From positions 736,001 through 800,000 of the forward strand of contig CAWCKJ010000004.1 in the NCBI GenBank assembly GCA_963796105.1: a stretch of 64,000 nucleotides of DNA, in the 5' to 3' direction. Source of the DNA: a candidate division FCPU426 bacterium (GTDB lineage Bacteria > Oederibacteriota > Muellerivitia > Muellerivitales > Muellerivitaceae). The stretch's first letter is position 1, and each line of letters begins with the position of its first letter. The position numbers and the translations under genes are program-made. The notes below the pieces were generated by a model that made no database searches, was not told the DNA's origin, and saw only the letters and a list, made by a program, of their open reading frames with translations. This document shows positions 19,917 through 29,492 of this stretch, piece by piece.

Positions 19917-20477
19917 ATGAGCCATCCACCCCAAAATCCCTCCAATGAGGAGGAACTCCGCAATCTCGCTGAGAACGGCGCTGAATTGCTCGACAGCCTC
20001 GACGAAAAGGGGCGGGTGATCGGAGTCGTCCGGCGCTCGGACGCCCACGGCAACCCGGCCTTGCGCCACCCCTCGGTTCATGTATTCGTCATCAACGCCG
20101 CGGGGGAATACTTCCTCCAGAAGCGCTCGGAGTACAAGAAGGTCCAGCCTGGCAAGTGGGATACCTCGGTGGGGGGCCATATTCCGGCGGGGGAAACCTA
20201 CGAGCAGGGGGCGCTTCGGGAATTGGAGGAGGAACTCGGCGTCGTACTTTCCGATCCTGCCCGCCTCGAGTTTCACCATGATTTAATCTGGCAAAGCGAC
20301 TTCGAGACCGAGCACACCCGCACCTTCATCCTGCGCTACGACGGGCCTTTTAAGGTCAACCCAGTCGAGGTCTCGGATGGAAAGTTTTGGCCGGAAGAGG
20401 AGCTTCGGGAGGCTTGCGGGAAAGGGGTCTTGACTCCCAACCTGGAGCTGGAGCTCAAGAATCTGGGGATTGTTTAA
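19917..20477 (+). CDS. NUDIX hydrolase (Idi/YfcD-like)
   Basis: GGHIPAGETYEQGALRELEEELG Nudix box; LQKRS..K..PGKWD. Confidence 0.92.
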   Translation: MSHPPQNPSNEEELRNLAENGAELLDSLDEKGRVIGVVRRSDAHGNPALRHPSVHVFVINAAGEYFLQKRSEYKKVQPGKWDTSVGGHIPAGETYEQGALRELEEELGVVLSDPARLEFHHDLIWQSDFETEHTRTFILRYDGPFKVNPVEVSDGKFWPEEELREACGKGVLTPNLELELKNLGIV

Positions 20478-20492
20478 CACCCCTTGAAGGGA

Positions 20493-20765
20493 TCAAGGAC
20501 AATTCTCGATTAAAAATCCCTCGATTCTTTCGGCGATATAAGCGAGTTCATTGGCGTTCAACTCGCGGTTCAATTTCAGGATCGCGTCCCCCGTACTGCA
20601 ATCAAAAAGAAGGTCCCTATAAAAAGAATATTCGGATAGTTCTTCCCCATGGGGGCCGGTCTCGGCCGGGAATGGCGGGGGGCTCTGGACCGTCATGAGC
20701 ATTTCTTTGCAAAGGTAGCGGTTGAGAAAAACGGATATTTGGATGTAATCGTCAAACGCGCTCAT
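20493..20765 (-). CDS. Hypothetical protein
   Basis: 90-aa ORF with G-rich SD-like sequence upstream; no recognisable motif. Confidence 0.5.
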   Translation of the reverse strand: MSAFDDYIQISVFLNRYLCKEMLMTVQSPPPFPAETGPHGEELSEYSFYRDLLFDCSTGDAILKLNRELNANELAYIAERIEGFLIENCP

Positions 20766-21049
20766 TCACCCCCCCTTCAAATATTGATTAGAAGGCTGTA
20801 AAAAAAACAATATTTAGCCAATAAAACATCCTTCTATCTGAATAGTGTCATTGGGGTGGGTTTTATTCCGAACAAAATAGACAACAATAATAAATGGCGC
20901 TTTTTGGGGCAAACGCCGTCATGGTCTTAACTTGCGGATGAAAAATGATGGTTTTTACGGCAGGTTATAGGCAGGTTGGTTTGGACGCTGAAAGGCCCGT
21001 TCGGGAAATGGTAAAGCCTTCCCCGATAAAAACGGCGTGGGTTGCGGGA

Positions 21050-22519
21050 TTACGCCTTGGAAGCGACGCTATTCATGAGGGAAAGCGGGTCTTCCGCCTG
21101 AATGACCCCCAGCAGGTATTGGATGACGTTGGCGGCGCTGTAGGAGGTTCTTCCGTTCTTGAGGATGGAAAGGATGCGGGGCAGGTCGTCGCCCGAGGTC
21201 ACGAGGGGTTTTTCCTCGTAGCCGCTTTTTTGGTTTTGCTCCAGCCCGATATTGGCCATCAGGCCGTTGCAGAGGCACTTTCGGCCGGCCATCTCCTCCG
21301 GGTCCCCTTCCTTTTGCAGGAACTGCTCTTTCGGCTCGCTGGCGCAACGGTATCCCACGTTGCCGTCTTTGCGCTTGTAGGCCGATCGAAGGTAACCCAG
21401 GTCGCAGATCCTGGGGCGCTTCTCGTATTCCGCCTTTTCGGATAAGGTTCCTTCCAGCTCGGCGACCTTGAAGGGGAAGCCGGTGGGCGAGGCCAGGCGG
21501 TCGGTAAAGACCCCCGACAGGCCCTTGATTGTTTTTTGGATGATCTTTTCCTTGATCCAGCCGGCCAGGCCCGATTCCTCGCAATAGGCGAAAACCGTGC
21601 CGACCTGGATGCCCGCCGCGCCTTGGGCGAGCGCGCCTTCCAGTTTGCTGGGTTCCGCGTAGGAGCCGGCCAGCCAGAAGGGAAGCCCGATTTCCTTCAT
21701 CCGGGCCGAGTCCACCTCGTCCTTGGCGCCGTAAATAGGCTCTCCCTTGTCGTTCAATTGAAGCTGTCCCCTGGGCGGGGCGTTATGGCCCCCGGCCGTG
21801 GGCCCTTCCACGATGAATCCGTCCACGTGGCCGGTGGATTTCTTGGCCAGGGTTTGCGCCAACACCACCGACGCGACGATAGCCAGGAATTTGGGCCTCT
21901 TTAAGGGGGGCAGTTTGACGCCCAAAGTCTCGGAGGGCTTCAAGTCCATCAGGAACGCGTCCGCGCTCTCGGCCCCCTGCACGTTGATCTTATGGATCAC
22001 GTCCTGGTGGAGGACCAGTTGGTCGATGATTCCGGGAATCGCGCGGGGAATGCCGGCTCCCATGAGGATGTAGTCCACGCCCGCCAAAAGGGCCCCGTAA
22101 AGGCAGGTCAAGGTCGGCATCTGGATTTTTTCCAGGAAGTTGATGCCTACCAGGCCGTTATGCCCTTCCTTGGCGAGGTAAACCTCCGTGAAATTCGCGG
22201 CGATGTTGAGTTCCAATACTTCCCGGGAGGGCTTCAGGGTGAAGACGGGTATGTTCCGATAGGAGGACTTCGGCGCCTTGCCGCCCGCTATGTAGTAGCG
22301 CTCCAGGATCCTTTTCGATATTTCCTGGTCCGGGAAATGCGCCAGGGCGCGGCGCATGGCGCCGTCCTTGTCGCCCGACTGCAACCGGCGGGCCAGGATG
22401 CTGTCCAAAGCCGTGCCGGAAACGACGCCCAACTGCCCCTCGAGTGAGACGGCCCGGGCGAGTTTCCAGTTGGAAACCCCGGCCCCCATGCCGCCCTGAA
22501 TGATGACTGGTTCGCTCAT
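21050..22519 (-). CDS. Nitronate monooxygenase / 2-nitropropane dioxygenase-like flavoprotein
   Basis: IIQGGMGAGVS, VEGPTAGGHN, GAAGIQVGT, SPTGFPFK, CDLGYL..CLCNGL. Confidence 0.9.
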   Translation of the reverse strand: MSEPVIIQGGMGAGVSNWKLARAVSLEGQLGVVSGTALDSILARRLQSGDKDGAMRRALAHFPDQEISKRILERYYIAGGKAPKSSYRNIPVFTLKPSREVLELNIAANFTEVYLAKEGHNGLVGINFLEKIQMPTLTCLYGALLAGVDYILMGAGIPRAIPGIIDQLVLHQDVIHKINVQGAESADAFLMDLKPSETLGVKLPPLKRPKFLAIVASVVLAQTLAKKSTGHVDGFIVEGPTAGGHNAPPRGQLQLNDKGEPIYGAKDEVDSARMKEIGLPFWLAGSYAEPSKLEGALAQGAAGIQVGTVFAYCEESGLAGWIKEKIIQKTIKGLSGVFTDRLASPTGFPFKVAELEGTLSEKAEYEKRPRICDLGYLRSAYKRKDGNVGYRCASEPKEQFLQKEGDPEEMAGRKCLCNGLMANIGLEQNQKSGYEEKPLVTSGDDLPRILSILKNGRTSYSAANVIQYLLGVIQAEDPLSLMNSVASKA

Positions 22520-23092
22520 GACAACCCCTTTAAAAGTAAATTCGCCGGATAGCCGCGGCGACAAAGCTAGATAAAACCGTGTGATTGGACATTGAAGTCT
22601 TAATTAAGAACAAAACCGGAAACCCGGCTGACTTGGCTTATTTTGTTAGGCCGTGAAAACCATATGACGGCGTGTGTTAGGCGGGACTCAAACCGACGTT
22701 GGTTCAAACGTTTATTTTGAAAGGATTCTCCCTCTGTTTTAGCTCAATCCAACTAAGAGTTTACCATGATGGCAATTGGATAGGGGGAATTTGTTCATCA
22801 AGGGCCCTGTTCCAACTGATCTTAAAGACCGAGGGCATCGCCCCTTCCCTTAGGTGGGGGGTTCCGCGAAGTCCACCCGCATACCTTGTAGGCGCAAGAG
22901 GCGGTTGTCATATTGCTCTTCAGGGTTGGCCGCCCAAGGCCGCTAGGCCATAGATCGAGGCTTCAAGCCACGGTGAAATTGCTGACTCAGAGCCGATGCT
23001 TGCCATCCCCCATGACCCGCGACTATTGGATCGGATGATCCCGCAATCCTCCATCCACTAAAACCAAAAGGTTATTTTATCTTTCCCCCGAA

Positions 23093-24709
23093 ATGGATTC
23101 GGTTAAAATCCACTTCATGGTTTCCATCCCGACATCCGCCGGTGAAGATTCTCCCGGCACCTTCAATCCCGGCTGGAAAAAAATATTTTTTCTTTTTCTT
23201 TTTTCCCTCGGTCTTTCCATTTTTCTGTTCCTTCTCCAGGGCCGGATCAACATTCCCAATGCCGACGAGGGCTACCTCTGGTACGGCAGTTTGCGCGTCC
23301 TTCACGGGGAAATTCCCATCAGGGATTTCCAGGCCTACGACCCCGGCCGGTACTATTTAACGGCCTTGTTCCTGCTGATGGGCGGGGAAGGCATTATGCC
23401 CTTTCGGTTCGCGCTGGCGCTTTTCCAGGGAGCCGGAATATTCTTCGGCCTCCTGGCCGCGCGCAAAGTAGCCGCGAATTGGATCGATTTGGCCGTCTTT
23501 GGCGCAGTTCTTTCCCTTTGGTCCGTCCAGCGCTACCGTGTTTTCGAATATAGCTGGATCATCCTGACTCTTTACTTGGTTTTCCGGCTCCTTGAAAATC
23601 CCTCTTTTAAAAGACTTTTCCTATCGGGAATTTTCATTGGTTTCAGCGGTTTCATGGGACGCAACCTCGGTTTATACGCGTTTCTTTCTTTTTTCCTGGT
23701 CCTTCTTTACCTGCGGCATCAGCGGCGGATCGCGCCTTTCTTCCGCGCGGGGCTCTGGTGGATCGCCGGTATTCCCCTGGGATTCAGCCCCATGATCCTC
23801 ATGTGGGTCCTCATTCCCTCTTTTTTCCGGGAATCCCTCCACGCTTTCGATGGCTACCTTTCCAGCGCTTCTATCCCCATCCCTTGGCCCTGGGAAACTC
23901 TTTATTCAGGGATGTCCCCTGATCTTTACCTGGCTTATCGGATTTCCGGAATTCTTTTTATCATCGTCCCGGTTTTATACCTCTATTCCATCCTCCGGGC
24001 CTGGAAAAACGGGACCCAAGAGGGTTCCCGGGGGAATTTACTTTTGGCGTCGGCCAGCGTCGGGTTCTTTTCCATGCAATACGCCTTTTTCAGGGCGGAT
24101 TGGGAGCACCAGGCCGCGAGCTTCACCCCTTTTTTATTTTGCGTCCTCTCCCTTTTTATTCCTTCCCAAAACAGCCGTAAAACGGCTCTGGCCCTTTTGG
24201 GGCTGTCCCTGCTTTCCGTCGGGGAGCAATGCTACCTATTCGACTTGATCCAACAGCCTGGGGATTCCTATGCCCCCTACCTGGCCGGAGGCTCTCTCCT
24301 GAAAGTGCAAGCCCGGAAGATCCGTTTCATGCGGTCCGTCGGGAAAACGGTGGAGGATAACCTGGGGCCGGACGATTATTTCCTCGCCGCGCCGATGCTC
24401 TGCAACCTTTATCCCTTATTAAGGCGGAGGTCCGCCACCCGGGAGCTGTTCTTCCTCTTGCCCGCGTCGGAGAAAACACAATTGGAGGAAATCAGGGACC
24501 TGGAGGACAAGAAAGTGAACTGGGTATTTATCGGCGATGTCAGTAATGTCGGGCAGGACCGTTACAAGCTTCATAACACCCATCCGCTCCTCTGGAAATA
24601 TTTCATGGACCATTTCCAGCCCATGGCGAAAGGCGACCTGACTATGGGTTTCTGTTTTTTTAAACGAACGAGCTACGAGTCGGGCGGAAAAGCGGTATTG
24701 ACCCATTAA
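23093..24709 (+). CDS. GT-C-like polytopic membrane protein
   Basis: ADEGYLW..LRVLHGEIPIRDF..YDPG loop typical of GT-C; many TM helices. Confidence 0.65.
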   Translation: MDSVKIHFMVSIPTSAGEDSPGTFNPGWKKIFFLFLFSLGLSIFLFLLQGRINIPNADEGYLWYGSLRVLHGEIPIRDFQAYDPGRYYLTALFLLMGGEGIMPFRFALALFQGAGIFFGLLAARKVAANWIDLAVFGAVLSLWSVQRYRVFEYSWIILTLYLVFRLLENPSFKRLFLSGIFIGFSGFMGRNLGLYAFLSFFLVLLYLRHQRRIAPFFRAGLWWIAGIPLGFSPMILMWVLIPSFFRESLHAFDGYLSSASIPIPWPWETLYSGMSPDLYLAYRISGILFIIVPVLYLYSILRAWKNGTQEGSRGNLLLASASVGFFSMQYAFFRADWEHQAASFTPFLFCVLSLFIPSQNSRKTALALLGLSLLSVGEQCYLFDLIQQPGDSYAPYLAGGSLLKVQARKIRFMRSVGKTVEDNLGPDDYFLAAPMLCNLYPLLRRRSATRELFFLLPASEKTQLEEIRDLEDKKVNWVFIGDVSNVGQDRYKLHNTHPLLWKYFMDHFQPMAKGDLTMGFCFFKRTSYESGGKAVLTH

Positions 24710-24723
24710 ACCCGCTTCTCAAT

Positions 24724-25188
24724 TCAGAGGCTCACTTCCTTTTGAATCGTCCCCTTCCCGTGGCAGGTGGGGCATTCTTTCTGGCCGCGGCACACGGGGC
24801 ATACGGCCTTCCCCGTCCCAAGGCAAACGGGACAAAGGCCCATGTCCGTCCATTGGCCGTTGACGAGCTGGATGACGTGGCCCACATGGGCCTGGCTGTA
24901 CGCGGCCCAGCCGCCGTTGGGAGCGTCGAATTTGTGCCAGACATCCGTGTCCGGGTGCCCGTCCACGTGCATGTGGACCCAATCCCCCCTGGTGAGCTGG
25001 AGGCAGTCGGGGTTCGGGCAGGGGATGACCCCGTGGACGCAGCCGGGAGCGCCGCAGGAAGCCTTTCCCGTGCCCCCGCAATCCGGGCACTTCACGGTCA
25101 CGGTCTCCGTTTGAAACGCCTGATAACCCCAATAACCCAGCCCAACCAATACGAGGGATAAGATCAGGAAAAAAACGCTGTTTTTCAT
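24724..25188 (-). CDS. Membrane-anchored protein with DnaJ-type CxxCxGxG repeats
   Basis: N-terminal hydrophobic helix; CPDCGGTG, CPVCLGTG, CPVCRG, CPTCHGKG. Confidence 0.75.
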   Translation of the reverse strand: MKNSVFFLILSLVLVGLGYWGYQAFQTETVTVKCPDCGGTGKASCGAPGCVHGVIPCPNPDCLQLTRGDWVHMHVDGHPDTDVWHKFDAPNGGWAAYSQAHVGHVIQLVNGQWTDMGLCPVCLGTGKAVCPVCRGQKECPTCHGKGTIQKEVSL

Positions 25189-25366
25189 AATGCTTATTTT
25201 CCTTTGGAAGATAAATTAATTCCACTTGAGTTTTGGTATTTTCGATCCTGGTTCGATTGCGTGATTCGAAAATCCACCGTCTTTCTTCATTTTACGTTGT
25301 TCGTTTTGATAAAATGCTGACCAATTTTAAATAAATCATCTTTTTCAAACATGGAACAGGGTTTAA

Positions 25367-26053
25367 ATGTTGAAAAATCTTTTCACAATTTTCTTTCGGC
25401 GGAAGTCCGCAAGAGACGGCGTTGTCCCCCTCCTCCTTTTGGCCGTTTGGACATCCCCGGCTTTTCCGGACGCTCTTACGCCCTCGCCCGCCGCGATTCC
25501 CGTCATGACTGTTTCAGCCGGATTAACCCCCGTCGCCCGGCAGCAGATCCACGGGCGTTTGCCGAAGGACTTGAATAAGGCCCAATTCGTCAGGGATGTC
25601 CCGGAGTCCGAGACATTGAAAATATCCATTGAGCTTTCACTGAGGAATCAAAAGGCCCTGGAGGCATATATGGATGATGTGGAAAATTCCACCCGCGTTA
25701 ATCCCCGCCCAACCTTGACGGACGCTCAATTCAACGGCGTATTCATGCCGACCGAAAGCGATTACCAGGCCCTCATCGATTTCGTGAAAGAAGAGGGCTT
25801 GACGGTCACGAATACTTCTCCCGACCGAATCGTCTTGTTTCTAAGCGGGACCGTCAAGGACATTGAGAGGGTTTTTCAAGTGCGCCTCGGCTATTACCGG
25901 GGGCCGGCCGGCCCTGAATTCCGCTCCCCCGATCACGAGCCCTCAATAGGGATTAATGTCCCCATAACGAGCGTGATTGGGCTTACCGACCAAAGCCCGG
26001 CCCAACCTGTCCCGAGCCCGACAGCCGGTATTTCAACACCCATAGCGCATTAA
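25367..26053 (+). CDS. Stand-alone peptidase S53 (kumamolisin-type) pro-domain protein
   Basis: Signal peptide; ISIELSLRNQKALE..LTDAQF..FMPTESDY..GLTV..SGTVKDIERVF..ITSVIGL; no catalytic domain follows. Confidence 0.75.
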   Translation: MLKNLFTIFFRRKSARDGVVPLLLLAVWTSPAFPDALTPSPAAIPVMTVSAGLTPVARQQIHGRLPKDLNKAQFVRDVPESETLKISIELSLRNQKALEAYMDDVENSTRVNPRPTLTDAQFNGVFMPTESDYQALIDFVKEEGLTVTNTSPDRIVLFLSGTVKDIERVFQVRLGYYRGPAGPEFRSPDHEPSIGINVPITSVIGLTDQSPAQPVPSPTAGISTPIAH

Positions 26054-26173
26054 TACCAATGGACAAATTCGGCATAGGGTCCAGGGGCTTCCCGGAAGAA
26101 ACGGGAGGGCGTATGCGGGTTAGAATAAATTCTAATTCGGCAAAAGAATATTAACGGATTGCTGAAAAAGCCA

Positions 26174-27487
26174 CTATTCGAACATTAAATTGAGTTCGGA
26201 GGAGGGCTTGCCCAGCTCGGGGATCTTGAGGTCCCCCTGAAGCTTGCCCTTCAACCAGAAGGTTTTCATTCCCCCTTTTCCCTTCACTTGGATCTCCCCC
26301 CGGGGCTCGAAGTCGTAGTAGCTTTTCAACCTCGAGTGGACGGCCTCGCTGACCTGGATTTTGCCCGGCAGGCCTAGGGATTCCATGCGGTTGGCCGTGT
26401 TCACGGTGTCCCCCCAAAGGTCGTAGGTGAACTTCTTCTGGCCGATCACCCCTGCCACGACGGGCCCGCAATGGATCCCCACGCGCAGCCCCAGTTCCGG
26501 GTGGCTCCCGGCCCCTTCCTTAAAGACCCTCGTCATGGCCAGCGCCATGTCGGCCATCTCCTCCAGGTGGCCGGACGAGGGCCTGGAGACGTTCCCCACC
26601 CCCATGTAGCCGTCCCCGATGGTCTTGATCTTTTCAATCCCGAACTCATCGGCCAGCATGTCGAAAAGGCTGAAGATGTTGTTGAGGAAATCCACCACCT
26701 CCTGGGGCTTGAGTTCCGAGGACAACCGGGTGAAACCCGAGATGTCGGCGAACAGGACGCTGGCGTCGGGGAAGGACTCGGAAAGGGTCTCCGGCTTCAG
26801 TTTCAGCCGGGTGGCGATCCGGGAGGGGAAAATGTTCATCAGCAGGCGCTCGGCCCTCCAGCTTTCCTTCAGCAGGTACTTGTGGGTTTCCCTCAATTCG
26901 CCTCGCAGCTTGTTCTGGATCCCCAGCACGTGCTTGACGCGCAGGAAAATGTACAGGGAGACGCCCAGCAGGTTGAAAACCAAAAACCACCGGGCCACCC
27001 CGGGGGGCAGTTGGGGGGTGCGCCCCTGGAGGTGGATTTCCAGGGCCATGCACAGGATTTCCAGGGCCCCGAGCGCGGCGAACCATAACCAGGTCCAGGG
27101 CATTCCCAGGATGACCACCGACATGGGGACCACGACGGCCCAGAGCCCGATGCCGCCGGAATAAAAGAAGCCCCCCAGGAGCACCTGCAGGACGAAGGGG
27201 ACGGTGAAGCAGATGAACACGTTGACGTACATCAGCACGGGAAAGGTTTCCGGGCGGACGGCGAAAGTCCAGGCCAGCGCGATGTCCACGGTGAAAAAGG
27301 CCCAGGCGATGAGGGAAAGGCCCTTGTAGCCCAGACCCACCAGGATGGCGCCGGTCAAGGCCGAGACCAGGAAGCTGGTGAACAAGCCGGCCTTGAAATA
27401 TTTCTGGTGAAGCGCCAGCTCGGAGGTCTCGTTCCCGGGCAGTTGGCGGGCGTCCCCGCCTTCGGGAATCGGGGATACGGTGTCCAT
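26174..27487 (-). CDS. Membrane-bound class III adenylate/guanylate cyclase
   Basis: VLFADISGFT, KIKTIGDGYM, RVGIHCGPVVAGVIG, YDLWGDTVNTANRMES; N-terminal TM helices. Confidence 0.93.
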   Translation of the reverse strand: MDTVSPIPEGGDARQLPGNETSELALHQKYFKAGLFTSFLVSALTGAILVGLGYKGLSLIAWAFFTVDIALAWTFAVRPETFPVLMYVNVFICFTVPFVLQVLLGGFFYSGGIGLWAVVVPMSVVILGMPWTWLWFAALGALEILCMALEIHLQGRTPQLPPGVARWFLVFNLLGVSLYIFLRVKHVLGIQNKLRGELRETHKYLLKESWRAERLLMNIFPSRIATRLKLKPETLSESFPDASVLFADISGFTRLSSELKPQEVVDFLNNIFSLFDMLADEFGIEKIKTIGDGYMGVGNVSRPSSGHLEEMADMALAMTRVFKEGAGSHPELGLRVGIHCGPVVAGVIGQKKFTYDLWGDTVNTANRMESLGLPGKIQVSEAVHSRLKSYYDFEPRGEIQVKGKGGMKTFWLKGKLQGDLKIPELGKPSSELNLMFE

Positions 27488-27596
27488 GGGTGTCGTCCTC
27501 CGGAAGAAATGTGGCCGCTTCGGGCGCGGGGGTTGTGGAATTATGAGCGCCGCCCCCGGGTTCCCGCGCCGGTACCCGCCGGGGCCGGCGGCCTTT

Positions 27597-29234
27597 TTAC
27601 TCGGGGCAGGAGTCCTGGTTGGTCAAGACTTCCTCCGCACGATTGTACCCCTCGGTGATCCATTCCGTCATGAGTTTCTCGTTGAAGACGTGGGGGGTGC
27701 TGGTGATGACGCAGCAGGGCCGGATGATCTTGATGACCTTGTCCTGGTGGTGGTCCTTGAAAACCCTCCTGGTCAATTCTGCCTCCTCCTCGTCCGCGAA
27801 AGCAACCCGGTTGGCGAGCATGTCGAGTGTCTTGCTCAGGATCCCTTCCAGGTCGTTGAACTGGTCGGCGACGGGGGGAGGGGTCTTGGGGGCCAGGATG
27901 ACGGCGTAAACCTCGTCGGCCCCGTTCATCAGGGCGATCTTGAGGGCCGTGAAACTCTCCACGCCGCCGTCCACGTACTGGTGGTAGCCGTTTTTCGGGA
28001 TGTGGGTGGCGGGGCACAGGACCGGGTCGCTGGAGGAGGCAAGCATGGCCCGCATCAGGGTGTCTGGGTCCCCGATCCTGCTGGTTTCCATATGCTTGTC
28101 GTTCGGGAGGATGCCCGGCACCCCCGTTTGGATCTCCCCAGGCCCAGTGTAAAAGTAGGTGACCCGGGAGGTCTGAAGGCAGGAGGTGGACAGGATCATC
28201 CTCATGGGGGAAGCCTGTATGGCGTCCCACCTTTTGGGGGTGACCATGTTGTTGATGATGCCCTGGAGGGGCTGGGAGGTCACGAGGGAGGCGTTGGAAA
28301 TCATGTCCGCGGGGCTCCTCATGAGGAAAATGTCGTTCTGCCCGATACTGCTGTAGATTTTCTGGAGTTCCTTGTATTCCCCCGTCACCACCAGTGGGGC
28401 CATGAGCGACCCCGTGCTGGTGCCGCAGACGATGTCAAATCCCGTGAAGGATTTATCCTTTTCCTTCAGGTATTTCTCCAGGTATTCCACGGCACCCACG
28501 GCCCAGGCGCCCGTGGCGCCGCCGCCGCTGATGACCAGGGCGATCTTCTTGTGCTTGGACAAAGCTTCCTTTTTCCCAGGCTCGTTTTCTTTTCCCTCTT
28601 TGCCGTCTTTCGGGGGGGGAGCCTGGACCCGGAAATCGGGCTGCTGGGGATTGGGGGCGAAAATTTTGGTGATCGACGCCAAATCCACTCCCGAGGAAAT
28701 CATGACGGTGGAGGCCCGAAGGTCGAAGTCATAGCCGCACCAGAGGCCTAACCTGCCCAAACCCGAGAGGTCGAATACCAATCCGCCCTCGGCCGTGGTA
28801 TTGCAGGCCTGGATGGGGTTGTTGAAGGCGTTTTTAAAATGGTCCCAGTAGGCCGCGTCCGCGGCCAGCCGGAATCCGGTATCGGTGGCGAATTTCCAGA
28901 ATAGATAGTCCGCCCGTAAGCCGAGGCCGAAGTCCCAATCGGGATTGTCGTAGCGGAAACCCGCGAAAGGCCCCCAGCGCCAGTTGCTGCCCAGCTTGAA
29001 TTCCGGGGTTAATTTCAACCAGCTCCGGTAGGGGGTGATGAATTGCGTCTTGCCGGCGAAACCCTGGGCGACGTCCAGGTTCAGGGAGAACCGGCCCTCT
29101 TCCACGTTGCCGGCGCCGGCCAGGTCATCCGCCCCGGCTTTAGCGGGAAGGAACCAAGCGCCGCAGAATAAAACGATGCTTGCCGCCAAAGCTAAACCCA
29201 GCGATTTTATTGCGTCCATACCCTTTCCTTTCAA
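27597..29234 (-). CDS. Patatin-like phospholipase fused to an N-terminal predicted beta-barrel
   Basis: Signal peptide; alternating beta-strands at aa ~45-220; GGGATG, GTSTG and DGG patatin motifs. Confidence 0.85.
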   Translation of the reverse strand: MKGKGMDAIKSLGLALAASIVLFCGAWFLPAKAGADDLAGAGNVEEGRFSLNLDVAQGFAGKTQFITPYRSWLKLTPEFKLGSNWRWGPFAGFRYDNPDWDFGLGLRADYLFWKFATDTGFRLAADAAYWDHFKNAFNNPIQACNTTAEGGLVFDLSGLGRLGLWCGYDFDLRASTVMISSGVDLASITKIFAPNPQQPDFRVQAPPPKDGKEGKENEPGKKEALSKHKKIALVISGGGATGAWAVGAVEYLEKYLKEKDKSFTGFDIVCGTSTGSLMAPLVVTGEYKELQKIYSSIGQNDIFLMRSPADMISNASLVTSQPLQGIINNMVTPKRWDAIQASPMRMILSTSCLQTSRVTYFYTGPGEIQTGVPGILPNDKHMETSRIGDPDTLMRAMLASSSDPVLCPATHIPKNGYHQYVDGGVESFTALKIALMNGADEVYAVILAPKTPPPVADQFNDLEGILSKTLDMLANRVAFADEEEAELTRRVFKDHHQDKVIKIIRPCCVITSTPHVFNEKLMTEWITEGYNRAEEVLTNQDSCPE

Positions 29235-29425
29235 GCCGGATTTCTCTCCACCCGCGGCAAAACGGAAATATGATGCCCGCTTAATCTTGCCGGGTCAAAT
29301 ACATTTTGCGGGTTTTTTTAAAGCGTTAAATTAAACTGCACAAATTTGGACCCATAAAAAGACGTCATTTTTCTCATAACAGTGACCGCTTTTTTATTAG
29401 CGGATGATTCCGGGGGGCCTTGAAT

Positions 29426-29456
29426 AAAAAAAACCCGGCCGTTGGGCCGGGCTTTT
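29426..29456 (-). terminator. Intrinsic terminator
   Basis: Minus strand cccggcc-caac-ggccggg followed by a T8 run. Confidence 0.8.
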
Positions 29457-29492
29457 GAAAACCCTTCTACAGGCAATAAAGCTTGTAACCCT

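Noticed and set aside
27480..28751. 423-aa plus-strand ORF (also 52055..53191, 55443..57056, 41875..43101, 16656..17732)
   Set aside because: Antisense or alternate-frame shadows of well-supported genes
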